From an uncultured bacterium (GTDB lineage: Bacteria > UBA8481): DNA of 64,000 nt. Under the pieces are notes generated by a model. That model was not told the DNA's origin, searched no databases, and worked only from the letters and a program-made list of their open reading frames with translations. This document shows positions 26,553 to 36,502 of the stretch, piece by piece. Position 1 is the first letter of the stretch. Each line of letters starts with the position of its first letter. A program made the position numbers and the translations under genes. Location of the stretch: assembly GCA_964499705.1 (NCBI GenBank), contig CAZCME010000002.1:62001-126000 (forward strand), read 5' to 3'.

Positions 26553-27145
26553 GCCGTCATCTCCTTCCACCAGGGATCCAGGATTTTCCGGAGCCTGGAT
26601 CTTGCCGAGTGGAGCCTGCTCATCACGGTGCCGATGGGAATATCAAGCGCCGCGCAGACTTCGCGGTATTTCATACCGGACTCCTCGTGCAGCATGAAGA
26701 CCGCGCGTTCGGCTTCGGGAAGATTTTCCACCGCGCTGGAGATCGCGCTCGCTAGCGACCGCGCCTCGGCCACCTCGGATGGCCCCTGTCGATCGGAACG
26801 CGTCCTGTCATCGACCTCATCGGCGCTCTCGTTGCGCCGCACGCGGATTCGATCGAGCGCGCCTCGCGCGGCAATTCCGCACACCCACGTGGAAAACGCC
26901 GCGTCGCCGCGGAATTCCGACAGCTTTCTCCACGCCTTCACGAATGCCTCCTGCGCCACGTCCCATGCCTCGTTCTCGTCGCGGATCATCCGTCGGGAAA
27001 CGGCGAGAACCTTGGGAAGCGCTTCCTTCACGAGCCGTTCAAACGATGGCTCGTCGCCACGTCTTGCCCGTTCCAGAAGGCTCGCCTGATCCATGCGCGC
27101 CTGTTCCGGACGGGCCTGCTTGATGTCCTTTTCCGCTTCCACCAT
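26549..27145 (-). CDS. ECF RNA polymerase sigma factor
   Basis: DVAQEAFVKAW..L..FRG..AFSTW; LPE.ERAVF.L....GMKY.EV...L.IPIGTVMSRL..AR. Confidence 0.93.
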   Translation of the reverse strand: MVEAEKDIKQARPEQARMDQASLLERARRGDEPSFERLVKEALPKVLAVSRRMIRDENEAWDVAQEAFVKAWRKLSEFRGDAAFSTWVCGIAARGALDRIRVRRNESADEVDDRTRSDRQGPSEVAEARSLASAISSAVENLPEAERAVFMLHEESGMKYREVCAALDIPIGTVMSRLHSARSRLRKILDPWWKEMTA

Positions 27146-27305
27146 TCTGACGGCGATTATGTGGCGATTATTCGACGATTCAAGCGTGATGCGTGCGAGA
27201 AATTCCGATTATGACGGCTCGTGCAGGGAGAGGAGAGACGCCTCTTTCTGCTGCGCATGGAAAATCATCATCGAATCCTCCGGTCGTGATAGGATTCCAG
27301 CGGTC

Positions 27306-28676
27306 ATGAGCGTGATATTACTCTTATGCGCGACGATTGCTTCCGGGCAGGTGGATTCCGCGGGACGATGGGAGCTCGCGCGGGAAATCGTGTCGCGTTC
27401 CAATATTGCGGATACGGAATATCCGGGGTGGATCGCGAGCCCGCATGCCTGTGTCCGGAAAGCGGCGCTTTTCCGGATGATGGAGGAGGGCGATGCTTCT
27501 TTCGAAACGATGATCCAGCCGTGCTTGAAGGATTCGAGCTGGTCGGTGCGGCGGCAGGCGGCGCACGCTCTGGAACGATGCGGCACCGGCCGATCCCGGG
27601 TTCTGCTCGAAAACGTCGCCCTCTCCCTGGATTCTCCCGCGGTTCGTTCACGCGCGATCTACGCTCTCGGTTTTCTCGCCGATACCCGCTCATTCGATGT
27701 CTTCGCCTCGCTGTTGGTTGATCCCGCATGGGATGTGCGCGGGCTGGCCGCGGACCAGATCCGCTATTTCGGCCGACGGGACATCCTGCCGGCGCTGGAG
27801 ACGCTGGCCGCGAGCGATCCGACGGAGTACGTGAAACTGCGCGCGCGTGGTTCGATCGACCATCTCTCCCCGCCAGACCGGAACGACGTCAACTCGTCCC
27901 CGGCAGCGCCGCCGCCGGATCAGACCATCACGCAAAGATTCCTGATCGCCGCCTCGACGGGGATTCTTATCGTCCTCATTACCGGCATGTTCATCGGCAC
28001 TGAGCGATCGCGCAGGGCGGCCAGCGTGCTGGTGCTTATCGTCGCGATCGTGGTCGGCGGCAGCGTGACCTCCGCGCTCTTGTTCCGGAACGATCCGTCA
28101 TCCTCTAAGAAGGTGGCGATTCGAGTCGAGCCCGCACTGCGATCGTACTGGCAGGATCAGTACGGAATAACCGTTGAAGATATTCTGAAGTATCAGGTCC
28201 TGTTCCTGCGGAAGGAGATCGGCTGCGACGCCTTGACGGCGATCGAATCCTGTCCCATCGCTCCGGCATACAATGCCGTGCGCGCCCAATACAATACCGA
28301 CTCTTCCCTCCGTATCCTGCTCGGGTCAGGAGAAGCGCGGATCATTTATCTGACGGGAAGCGATCTTTACCAGGAACCGTTTCATCACACCATGGGAGTC
28401 GGTTGTCCCGGCGCCGCCATAATTTCAGCCGCGCGCCTCGATCCGCTCTGGCTCGAGGAAGGGCCCGGTGATTCGGAGGATGCCGTCCAGTTCGCGGAAC
28501 GTTACGGCAAACTCGTTCTGCATGAAATCGGACACCTGCTCGGACTGGGGCATTGCACGCGGGAGCGCTGCCTCATGAGATCGGTGGAGACACCGGAGGA
28601 GTTTTTCAGGCTGGATGGGGTGTATTGTTCCACCTGCACGGCGAAGGCGGCAGCCCAGGTCCGCATGACACGATAG
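27306..28676 (+). CDS. HEAT-repeat / two-TM / archaemetzincin (M54-like) zinc protease fusion
   Basis: PBS-HEAT repeats (D.SW.VR..AA.AL, DPAWDVR.LAA), two TM helices, HEIGHLLGLGHC...CLM...CSTC. Confidence 0.75.
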   Translation: MSVILLLCATIASGQVDSAGRWELAREIVSRSNIADTEYPGWIASPHACVRKAALFRMMEEGDASFETMIQPCLKDSSWSVRRQAAHALERCGTGRSRVLLENVALSLDSPAVRSRAIYALGFLADTRSFDVFASLLVDPAWDVRGLAADQIRYFGRRDILPALETLAASDPTEYVKLRARGSIDHLSPPDRNDVNSSPAAPPPDQTITQRFLIAASTGILIVLITGMFIGTERSRRAASVLVLIVAIVVGGSVTSALLFRNDPSSSKKVAIRVEPALRSYWQDQYGITVEDILKYQVLFLRKEIGCDALTAIESCPIAPAYNAVRAQYNTDSSLRILLGSGEARIIYLTGSDLYQEPFHHTMGVGCPGAAIISAARLDPLWLEEGPGDSEDAVQFAERYGKLVLHEIGHLLGLGHCTRERCLMRSVETPEEFFRLDGVYCSTCTAKAAAQVRMTR

Positions 28677-28714
28677 CGATGGCTTCCCGCCCTCGTTTTC
28701 GCTAACCTGTGCCC

Positions 28715-29020
28715 ATGATCAGGAGCTTTGACGACTTGTTTGACGACGACCATGGCAGGGCCTTCGGAGATGCCCTGGCGAAGCTGAAGGCCGAAGCGAA
28801 GACGGGGCGGATTGAGCATGTCCTACATCGAATCATGGATGAAGCTTCGCGTTGCGGCGAACCTCGCGATCGGGATCCGGAACAAGCCCTTCGGCTCCTG
28901 GCTCTTGATGGCTATCTCACGGAAATACTGGGATCCGGGCTGGTGGCCGGCGATCGGCCGGATCTGAGCAAATATACGCAAGTATTGACCGGAGACATTC
29001 TCCGGGCTGCCGATAATTAA
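28715..29020 (+). CDS. Hypothetical protein (first gene of the glycosylation operon)
   Basis: 101-aa ORF preceded by TAACCT-6nt-ATG; ends 3 nt before the next ORF. Confidence 0.55.
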   Translation: MIRSFDDLFDDDHGRAFGDALAKLKAEAKTGRIEHVLHRIMDEASRCGEPRDRDPEQALRLLALDGYLTEILGSGLVAGDRPDLSKYTQVLTGDILRAADN

Positions 29021-29023
29021 TCC

Positions 29024-29632
29024 ATGGGTGCGAACAGGCCGGTGACAACCATGATTCATCCAACGGCGATTATCGATGCGGGTGCCGAGATCGGAGAAGA
29101 TACCAGGATCTGGCATTTCAGCCATGTCATGCCGGGAGCGCGAATCGGGAGCCATTGCAATTTCGGGCAGAACGTTTACATCGACAAGAACGTCATCGTT
29201 GGCGACCGGTGCAAGCTGCAGAACAATGTCTCGATCTACACGGGAGTCACGCTCGAAGAGGGCGTCTTTTGCGGCCCGTCCTGCGTCTTCACGAATGTCA
29301 TCAATCCGCGCGCCATGGTGGAGCGAAAGGACGAATTCAGGCTGACCCTTGTCAAGCGCGGGGCTTCCATCGGGGCCAACGCGACGATCGTCTGCGGCGT
29401 GACTCTGGGGGAATATTGTTTCATCGCCGCAGGGGCTGTTGTCACGAAGGATGTGGCTCCTTACGCGGTTGTCGCCGGCGTGCCGGCCCGGCGCATCGGC
29501 TTCGCCTGCGCGTGCGGGGATTTACTGAAAGAATTGTCCGCGGGGAAAACGAGAAGGTGCGCACGGTGCGGCGCCGAATATTCCCTGGAGGGCGACATGC
29601 TCCGCCGCCATTCCGCGAGTCCCGCCGGCTGA
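29024..29632 (+). CDS. Hexapeptide-repeat sugar N-acyltransferase (WbpD-like)
   Basis: [59 protein letters not shown]-terminal Cys motif; start may be ATG 29051. Confidence 0.9.
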   Translation: MGANRPVTTMIHPTAIIDAGAEIGEDTRIWHFSHVMPGARIGSHCNFGQNVYIDKNVIVGDRCKLQNNVSIYTGVTLEEGVFCGPSCVFTNVINPRAMVERKDEFRLTLVKRGASIGANATIVCGVTLGEYCFIAAGAVVTKDVAPYAVVAGVPARRIGFACACGDLLKELSAGKTRRCARCGAEYSLEGDMLRRHSASPAG

Positions 29633-29642
29633 CGATCCGCTC

Positions 29643-30353
29643 GTGACCGATCCATTCACCCCCGGCAGCGGCGTCACTCAGCTCGTCCTTCAGTCCCGCG
29701 TGGGTTCGACAAGGTATCCGGGAAAAGCTCTGGCCGATATTGCGGGGAGGCCATTGCAGGAACGCGTGATGATGCGGCTTGAGGTTTTGCATCCCGGTCC
29801 GTATATTCTCGCGCTGCCCGACACGGCGGCGAATGATCCGCTTGAGGAGATCGGCAGAAAGCGCGGCTGGCTGGTCTTCCGGGGCAGCGAATCGGATGTG
29901 CTCGGCCGCTTCGCCGGAGCGGTGCGCGCTTTTCGACTGACGCGTGTCGTTCGGGCCACCGCCGACAATCCCCTGGTCGATCCCGCCGCCATGAGCGGCG
30001 TCTGCCTGGCGTTGGCTGATCATGAGTGCGTCGGCACACATGGCTTCAGTCACGGCGCGGCGGTCGAGGGAGCCTCCGGCGACGCGCTGTTGCGCGCCGC
30101 CGAGGAGGCGACTGATCCGTATGAGCGGGAACATGTAATGCCCCACTTTTACCGCCACCCGGAAATATACGCCACGACCTATGTGGATGCGCCCGCGTCA
30201 TCCCGATATCAACAGTCGTTCACGGTGGACACAGCCAATGATGTGGAACGAGTCCGTTCGGTCTTCGCCGCGCTGGGCGATATGCCGGAACTGGCCGATG
30301 TCGAGGCCTATCTGTCACGACGGCAATCTGTCGTCGTTGGAAATCTCACATGA
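29643..30353 (+). CDS. SpsF/PseF-like cytidylyltransferase
   Basis: QSRVGSTRYPGKAL, FRGSESDVLGRF, VRATADNPLVDP, EREHV.P, TVDT..D. Confidence 0.88.
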   Translation: MTDPFTPGSGVTQLVLQSRVGSTRYPGKALADIAGRPLQERVMMRLEVLHPGPYILALPDTAANDPLEEIGRKRGWLVFRGSESDVLGRFAGAVRAFRLTRVVRATADNPLVDPAAMSGVCLALADHECVGTHGFSHGAAVEGASGDALLRAAEEATDPYEREHVMPHFYRHPEIYATTYVDAPASSRYQQSFTVDTANDVERVRSVFAALGDMPELADVEAYLSRRQSVVVGNLT

Positions 30354-31357
30354 CGGTCACATCCTTCCGCGTCGATGCCAATCCCGATGCCGGGCTGGGT
30401 CATTTTCATCGCTCCGTCCGGATCGCCTCGGAGCTGGCCCGGCGGGGCCACAGGCCGGTCTTCGTCACGCGCGACCGCGAAGCTCTGGCCCGGCTCGCCG
30501 TCGGGCAGGGATTCGACCACATCGTGGGATTCGCCGAAGACAAGGACGAAATCAACGCGATCCTCTCGCCGGGTCCAGGACTTGTGATCTTCGATAACGG
30601 ATCGACAACCCACGACATGGTCGCGGCCGTGAAGGAGGTCGGATGCTTCGTCGTGACGTTCGATGATCTCGGTGACGGCCGCTACCTGGCCGACATTGCC
30701 GTGGACGCCAATCTGACGGAATCCACGAATCCGCAGAAGATGAGAACGACCACGCGCTACCTGCTGGGCCCCGGCTTTGCCGTCGTGTCTCCGCATTGCC
30801 GCACGGCCCGAAAGAAGAGAAAAAATTTCCGCGACGTCCACCGCGTGATCGTCTCATGCGGCGGCAGCGATCCGGCGGGGGTGACGCCGCGCATCGTGAT
30901 GGCGCTCGGAAATTATGACACGGAAGTGGAGATCCAGCTCATTCTGGGCCCCGCTTTCGCTCACAGGGCGGAGCTGGACAAGGCTCTGCTTTCAGCGGCC
31001 CGGACTTTCGAGGTTGTGGAGGCGCCCGACGATCTGCCGACGCGGCTGCGCGCCGCCGACGTCGGCATACTTTCCGGCGGCGTCACGCTCTTCGAGGCGG
31101 CCTTTCTCGGTCTGCCCTCGATCGTCATCGCGCAGAATCCGGCGCAACTGCGGAACCTTCCTCCGTTCGAGAAGCGCGGCGGTATCGTCAACCTGGGTCT
31201 TGCCGCGCACGAGCCGTTCGCCAATATACCCGCGGAGCTGAAACTGCTGCGCGACAGGGGAAAATTGCGCGCCATGTCCGAGGCGCAGGAAACGTATGTG
31301 GACGGCAAGGGGCTCGATCGTGTGGTATCTGCGATTCGGGAGTTGCTGGGAACATGA
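30350..31357 (+). CDS. PseG/SpsG-like NDP-sugar hydrolase (GT28 fold)
   Basis: FRVDA....GLGHF.RS, FDD, GGSDP.G.T, GG.TLFEA..LGLP, VDGKG..RV. Confidence 0.85.
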   Translation: MTVTSFRVDANPDAGLGHFHRSVRIASELARRGHRPVFVTRDREALARLAVGQGFDHIVGFAEDKDEINAILSPGPGLVIFDNGSTTHDMVAAVKEVGCFVVTFDDLGDGRYLADIAVDANLTESTNPQKMRTTTRYLLGPGFAVVSPHCRTARKKRKNFRDVHRVIVSCGGSDPAGVTPRIVMALGNYDTEVEIQLILGPAFAHRAELDKALLSAARTFEVVEAPDDLPTRLRAADVGILSGGVTLFEAAFLGLPSIVIAQNPAQLRNLPPFEKRGGIVNLGLAAHEPFANIPAELKLLRDRGKLRAMSEAQETYVDGKGLDRVVSAIRELLGT

Positions 31358-32142
31358 CGCCTCGACGTTCCCGACAACCGGCATTTCGCGGGTACGCCCG
31401 CGCCGTGGAGGCGACCCGGCGACTGGTGAGCGAACACGCCTGCGTGCTCATGAAGATCGCGACCGAGGACGAGGCTCTGACGCACGAGGACGTGCGCCGG
31501 CGATTCGATGCTTTTTCGAGCGCGATTCCCATCGAGCTGAAGATCGGCGGACCGGGCGCTCGAGGAGATCTGGTGCTCTGCCGGGACCTGGGCATCAGGC
31601 ATATCATCGCGCCGATGGTGGAATCGGCCTATGGGCTCATCGATTTTCTCGGCGGTGTCCGCGAGGTTTTCGGCGCGGGTGCGAAAGGGCTGAAACTGGG
31701 CGTGAATATCGAGACGGAAGGGGCGGCCCGGGACATTAAAGCTGTACTGAAAGGGGACGACAGGAACGAGCTCTACCAGGTGACGGTGGGCAGGGGGGAT
31801 CTGTCCCGGTCGATGGGGAGGACGCCGGATGACGAACGCGTGATGAAGCTGGCCGGTTCCGTGATCCGATGCGCGCATGGCCGGGGCTATGTCACTTCGG
31901 TCGGGGGTGGAGTTCATCCCGGTAATGTCACCCTGATCCTCCGGCGGGTGAGTACGGAATATGTGAACACGCGTAACTTCGCGTTCCGCGCCGCTCCTGG
32001 ACATGAGGCGGAATCTCTTCGCCGTGCGGTGCGGTGCGCGCTGGAAGCGGAGATTCTTCTATGCCGCGCCACAGGAACCGCGCTTGCCCGGGCTCGCGCG
32101 AAAGCTCTTGCGGAACGGCTCCGCGTGGAGGGCAAGCCATGA
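31354..32142 (+). CDS. HpcH/HpaI aldolase-citrate-lyase family protein
   Basis: LKIGG..AR.D, IIAPMVES, GVNIET, VGRGDLS.S, SVGGG. Confidence 0.75.
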   Translation: MTPRRSRQPAFRGYARAVEATRRLVSEHACVLMKIATEDEALTHEDVRRRFDAFSSAIPIELKIGGPGARGDLVLCRDLGIRHIIAPMVESAYGLIDFLGGVREVFGAGAKGLKLGVNIETEGAARDIKAVLKGDDRNELYQVTVGRGDLSRSMGRTPDDERVMKLAGSVIRCAHGRGYVTSVGGGVHPGNVTLILRRVSTEYVNTRNFAFRAAPGHEAESLRRAVRCALEAEILLCRATGTALARARAKALAERLRVEGKP

Positions 32143-34346
32143 TATTCATCATCGGAGCGGGTCTCATGCAGATCCCCGCGATCCGCATCGCGAGCCAGAT
32201 GGGTCTGAAGACGATCGTCACGGACTACAATCCGGAGGCTCCGGGTCTGGCCCTGGCGGACGTGCCGATCGTGATGTCCACGAAGGACATCGAGGGCACG
32301 GTCCGCACCGCCCGGCAATATCATCACAAGATTCGCGGCGTGCTGACCGTGGGAACCGACGCGTCGCTCACGGTATCCGCCGTTGCCGGCGCTCTCGGGC
32401 TGACCGGCATCCACTACGAAGCCGCTGAAAAGGCCACGCATAAGTTGAAGATGCGCAACGCGCTCCGGAACGCCGGCGTGGCGGTCCCGGAATTCGCCGG
32501 TGTCTGGTCGATCGATGAAGCGCGTGGAGCGGCGGAACGCATCCGGTATCCGGTCGTTTTCAAACCGGTCGACAACATGGGTTCGAGGGGTGTCATTCGC
32601 GTCGACAACATTACCCAGGTCGAGCAGGCTTATCGCCACGCCAAGTCGTGTTCCACGAGCGGAGAGGTGATCGTGGAGGCGTTCATGGACGGACCCGAGC
32701 TGTCCATCGATTCGCTGGTCTGGAACAGCGAGATCATCTGCTCGGGGGTCGCCGACCGCATCATCGCTCGTCCACCCTACTTCATTGAACTGGGTCACAA
32801 TCTTCCTTCGGCGCAGCCGCCTGAAATCCAGGAGGCCGCCGTGGAATTGATGCGGGGCGCCGTGAAAGCCCTGGGCATCACCTGTGGCGCCGCCAAGGGC
32901 GACGTCAAGATCACGAAGGACGGTCCCATGATCGGCGAATGCGCGGCGAGGCTCTCCGGCGGATGGATGAGCTCGCACACGTTTCCGCTCTCGACGGGCT
33001 ATTCGATGATCCGCGGCGCGATCGAGATTGCGATCGGCAGGAAGCCGGTGATTCCGGAGTTTCTTAACCGCGTGGCGATGGAGCGTGCCGTGCTGGCGGT
33101 GCCGGGGCGGATCACCCGGATCGATGGAGTGAACCAGGCGCTCCGGATAAAAGGCGTCAAGGATATCATCATGAAAGCTCGCATCGACGATATCGTGACC
33201 GTGCCGATTTCGAACATGGAGAAGCAGGGGCATGTGATAGCGGTTTCGGAGACGAGCGAAGAATGCGAAGCGATCGTGAAGAAGGCGCTGGAGACGATCC
33301 GCATCGAGACCCATATCGATCAGCCGTTGAAGATGGCGGATATTCATGGCCGCGCGAGAAACCTCTTCGGCAAATACTGCCGGGCCTGCCGGGTCTGTGA
33401 CGGCGTCTTCTGCGCGGGCATGGTGCCGGGCATGGGCGGAATCGGGACGGGATACAGCTTCATGGCCAATCTCGAGGCGCTCGGGAAGTACAGGATGGTG
33501 GAGCGGCTCATTCATTCCGTTTCCAGCCCGCGCATGGCCACCACGCTTCTGGGACTTGAACTTTCGATTCCCGTCATCGCGGCTCCGATCACGGGAGCCG
33601 TCACCAACATGGGCGGTGCCATAACGGAGGAGGATTTCGCGGAAGCGATGGTGATGGGAAGTCTGCGCGGCGGCACCGTCTCCTGCGTCGGCGACGGCGC
33701 GACGCCCGACAAGTACCGCATCGGCCTCGATGCCGCGTCCCGCGCGGCGGGAAAGGCGATTCCCATCTTCAAGCCCCGGGCAAAATCCGAGGTGATGACC
33801 CGCGTTCGCGCGGCAATCGCTTCCGGCTGTCCCGCCATCGGCATGGATATTGACGGAGCCGCCTTTGTGACCATGAGATCCCGCGGCCAGAGCGTCGGGC
33901 CCAAGGACGCCGATGAGCTCCGCTCGATCATCGCGGAGTGCGAGGTTCCGTTCCTCGTGAAGGGCATCATGAACGCGCGCGACGCGGAGACCGCCGTCAA
34001 GGCCGGCGCGGCCGCGGTCATTGTCGGAAATCATGGAGGACGCGTCATGGATCAGATGCCGGGCGGCGCGGAAGTTCTCCCCGAGATCGTCGCCGCGATA
34101 CGAGGAAGCGCGGTGATCATCCTGGATGGGGGCATTCGAACGGGAGAGGATATTCTGAAATCCTTGGCGCTGGGCGCGGATCTCTGCATGATCGGGCGGC
34201 CCGTCGCGATCGCGGCCGTCGGCGGCGGCAGCGAAGGCGTCGCGCTCTACTGGAAGGAATTGAAGGAGCAGATCGAACGCGCGATGATCCTGACGGGGCA
34301 GGAGAGCGTGGAGAGGATCGATCCCGGTATCATCCGGAAAGCGTGA
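32139..34346 (+). CDS. Fusion: ATP-grasp ligase + FMN-dependent alpha-hydroxy-acid dehydrogenase
   Basis: N-half IIGAG..Q, K.KMR, VFKPVDNMGSRGV, EAFMDGPELS, E..ARL.GG; C-half CRACRVCDGVFC, APITG, VKGIM, GNHGGR, DGGIRTGED..K.LALGA...IGRP. Confidence 0.88.
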   Translation: MIFIIGAGLMQIPAIRIASQMGLKTIVTDYNPEAPGLALADVPIVMSTKDIEGTVRTARQYHHKIRGVLTVGTDASLTVSAVAGALGLTGIHYEAAEKATHKLKMRNALRNAGVAVPEFAGVWSIDEARGAAERIRYPVVFKPVDNMGSRGVIRVDNITQVEQAYRHAKSCSTSGEVIVEAFMDGPELSIDSLVWNSEIICSGVADRIIARPPYFIELGHNLPSAQPPEIQEAAVELMRGAVKALGITCGAAKGDVKITKDGPMIGECAARLSGGWMSSHTFPLSTGYSMIRGAIEIAIGRKPVIPEFLNRVAMERAVLAVPGRITRIDGVNQALRIKGVKDIIMKARIDDIVTVPISNMEKQGHVIAVSETSEECEAIVKKALETIRIETHIDQPLKMADIHGRARNLFGKYCRACRVCDGVFCAGMVPGMGGIGTGYSFMANLEALGKYRMVERLIHSVSSPRMATTLLGLELSIPVIAAPITGAVTNMGGAITEEDFAEAMVMGSLRGGTVSCVGDGATPDKYRIGLDAASRAAGKAIPIFKPRAKSEVMTRVRAAIASGCPAIGMDIDGAAFVTMRSRGQSVGPKDADELRSIIAECEVPFLVKGIMNARDAETAVKAGAAAVIVGNHGGRVMDQMPGGAEVLPEIVAAIRGSAVIILDGGIRTGEDILKSLALGADLCMIGRPVAIAAVGGGSEGVALYWKELKEQIERAMILTGQESVERIDPGIIRKA

Positions 34347-35629
34347 TCAAGGTGGAGCGGGAACCGACATCCACGGGATTCGACACACTGGTTGTCGACG
34401 GCCGGTATTTTCACAGCCGCGTAAATCCTCGCAAGGAAGCATCACGCGCGGCGTCGGCCGTCGCGCCGGATGCGCTGGCGCTCATCCTGTCTCCCGGCCT
34501 CGGTTACCTGGCGGACGCGCTCAAGCCCAGGGACGTGATTTCCGTCGAACGGCATCCGCAACTTGCCGTCCTGCGCCCGGATCTGAATTCCCTCGTGCAT
34601 CCCTCGTGCGAGGAATTGGAAAGACTGGTGGAGACCCTTGCGGCGGAGCGCCGGCCGAAGATCGCCGTCCTGACCGGAGCTCATCGGGAGGAGGATCATG
34701 AATATTACGAGTCGCTCCGGAAGGCGATCACCCGCGCGCTGGAGAAGAGCGTCGAGCGGATACTGACGACGGATGCCTTTGCGAAGGTCTGGGAAAGAAA
34801 CCTGCGAGCCAACGTCATGCGGATCCTGCAGGCGCGAAACGGCGAAGTGTCCTGGAGTTCGGCGCTGGAGCCGCGGCTGAGAGGATCGCATTGCGTGCTC
34901 CTGTCCGCCGGACCGACGCTTGGCGAGGAACTTCCGCTCCTGTCGAAGATGCTGCACCGGGGCAAGTACCTTATCCTGGTTGTCGATTCAGCGTTGCCGG
35001 CCGCTCTTTCCGCCGGAATCAGCCCGGACCTGGTCTTCACGATCGATCCCCAGCCCGTCAAAGCCGCGGTGTTGAGCAACCTTGAGGATATACCCCTCGT
35101 TGCCTCGGTGCTTTCGCCACCGGAAATTCTCGCGCGCGCCGGCAGGCTCTATCTCTTCGGCCAGGGGCATCCTATGGAGCCTTCTGTGGGTGTGCCGCTG
35201 GCGGAGATGATACAGGAATTGGGAGGATCGGTGGCGACGGCCGCCGCGACGATCGCCGTACGGCACGGCGCGGCGACGCTGGTTCTTGCAGGCCAGGATC
35301 TCGCGTTCATCGGCGATCGCACGCACGTGCGGGGAGCAGCGCAGGAAGCCGCGAGCGCCGCCGGTCTGGAGCGATTTTCGACCATGGAACATGCTAAGAT
35401 GAGAACCATGATCGGCCGAAATCTGAGATGCGTGCCGTCCGTCGCGGACGGGATGGTCATGACCACTCCCGTCATGGACTCTTACCGCATCTATCTGGAA
35501 CGGCTCGCCCGCGACAATCCCGGCACGAGATTTGTGCATACGAGTTCTCGCGGAGCGCGGATGGCAATGCCCCATCTTAGCCTCGCGGAATGGTTGAACG
35601 AATTCGGCTCCGGCGCCGATAAAGTATAG
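34343..35629 (+). CDS. Motility-associated factor (Maf/DUF115) flagellin glycosyltransferase
   Basis: G.Y.HSR.NP..EA, GLGY, SAGPTL, VDSAL, PD.V..IDPQ, GGSVAT.A, L.GQDLAF; immediately upstream of fliS. Confidence 0.85.
   Translation: MIKVEREPTSTGFDTLVVDGRYFHSRVNPRKEASRAASAVAPDALALILSPGLGYLADALKPRDVISVERHPQLAVLRPDLNSLVHPSCEELERLVETLAAERRPKIAVLTGAHREEDHEYYESLRKAITRALEKSVERILTTDAFAKVWERNLRANVMRILQARNGEVSWSSALEPRLRGSHCVLLSAGPTLGEELPLLSKMLHRGKYLILVVDSALPAALSAGISPDLVFTIDPQPVKAAVLSNLEDIPLVASVLSPPEILARAGRLYLFGQGHPMEPSVGVPLAEMIQELGGSVATAAATIAVRHGAATLVLAGQDLAFIGDRTHVRGAAQEAASAAGLERFSTMEHAKMRTMIGRNLRCVPSVADGMVMTTPVMDSYRIYLERLARDNPGTRFVHTSSRGARMAMPHLSLAEWLNEFGSGADKV
35595..35622 (+). promoter_or_regulatory. 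Sigma28 promoter of fliS embedded in the maf 3' end
   Basis: TGAA-16nt-GCCGATAA, same spacing as the fliD promoter. Confidence 0.6.
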
Positions 35630-35636
35630 GAAGTCC

Positions 35637-36056
35637 ATGGCGGTCAATCCCTACAAGCAATACAAGACGACATCGATCCAGACGGCCAGCCAGGGGCGCT
35701 TGATCGCGATGCTGTTCGAGGGCGCCATAAAATTCATGAATTTCTTCATCGAAGCTGTCCATACAGGGAAGATCGAACTGGCTCATGAGAATTCCATGAA
35801 AGCGCAGAGGATCATGACGGAGCTGATCCTGGCGCTCGATCATTCGAAAGGCGGCGACGTTTCGCGCGCGATCGAGGCGGCCTACGACGATATACGCACG
35901 CGCATGGTGATTTCAAACATCCGCAAAGATCCCGTGCTCGCCGCCGCCGTCATCAAGGATCTGGACTCTTTTCGCGAGACATGGTCGAAGGTATTCAAGG
36001 AAGTGGATGTCGCGTCGCCTCCGGCCATGCAGGCGGGAGTCTCCATCAAGACATGA
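35637..36056 (+). CDS. fliS: Flagellin export chaperone
   Basis: NPYKQYK..SIQTAS..RLI.MLFEGAI, KAQ.I..EL...LD...GG, ETW. Confidence 0.92.
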   Translation: MAVNPYKQYKTTSIQTASQGRLIAMLFEGAIKFMNFFIEAVHTGKIELAHENSMKAQRIMTELILALDHSKGGDVSRAIEAAYDDIRTRMVISNIRKDPVLAAAVIKDLDSFRETWSKVFKEVDVASPPAMQAGVSIKT

Positions 36057-36502
36057 GTCCTCTGAAGGAATGGATGCGTGAAACGGCGCTGCTCTACCGT
36101 GATTATTCCAGGAAGCTGGCGATCTGGGCGGAGGACACCGATGAGCAGGCGAAGCTGGAAGACCGTCTGGCGGACCTGGCGTTGATGGAAACGGAGTTCA
36201 TGGAGCGATCGCATGAGATCACCCGCAACGTGGATGAGGGCCGCCGCATGCAATCCAGGCGGGTGGGTCACGATGTCACCCTTCACGAATGGGCACGCTC
36301 CGAGGGGATTCTTCCGGAATTCGAGGAGGCTGCCGCGGCCGTGGCTGACGTCTCCCGGAAACGGGTCGAGGCCATGAGAATCCTGGAAGAGGTCCGCAAT
36401 AAAATTAAGAGCGAGCGGGACAAGATTTCCCGTGCCAGGAAGACGAACAGCAAGTATACTAGACCACGTGAAAGCGGTCGCCGGCTCAATGGTCAAGCTT
36501 AA
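36053..36502 (+). CDS. Helical flagellar chaperone-like protein (FliT/FlgN-like)
   Basis: ATGA-coupled to fliS; coiled-coil; C-terminal Y...R.NGQA tail. Confidence 0.5.
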   Translation: MSPLKEWMRETALLYRDYSRKLAIWAEDTDEQAKLEDRLADLALMETEFMERSHEITRNVDEGRRMQSRRVGHDVTLHEWARSEGILPEFEEAAAAVADVSRKRVEAMRILEEVRNKIKSERDKISRARKTNSKYTRPRESGRRLNGQA

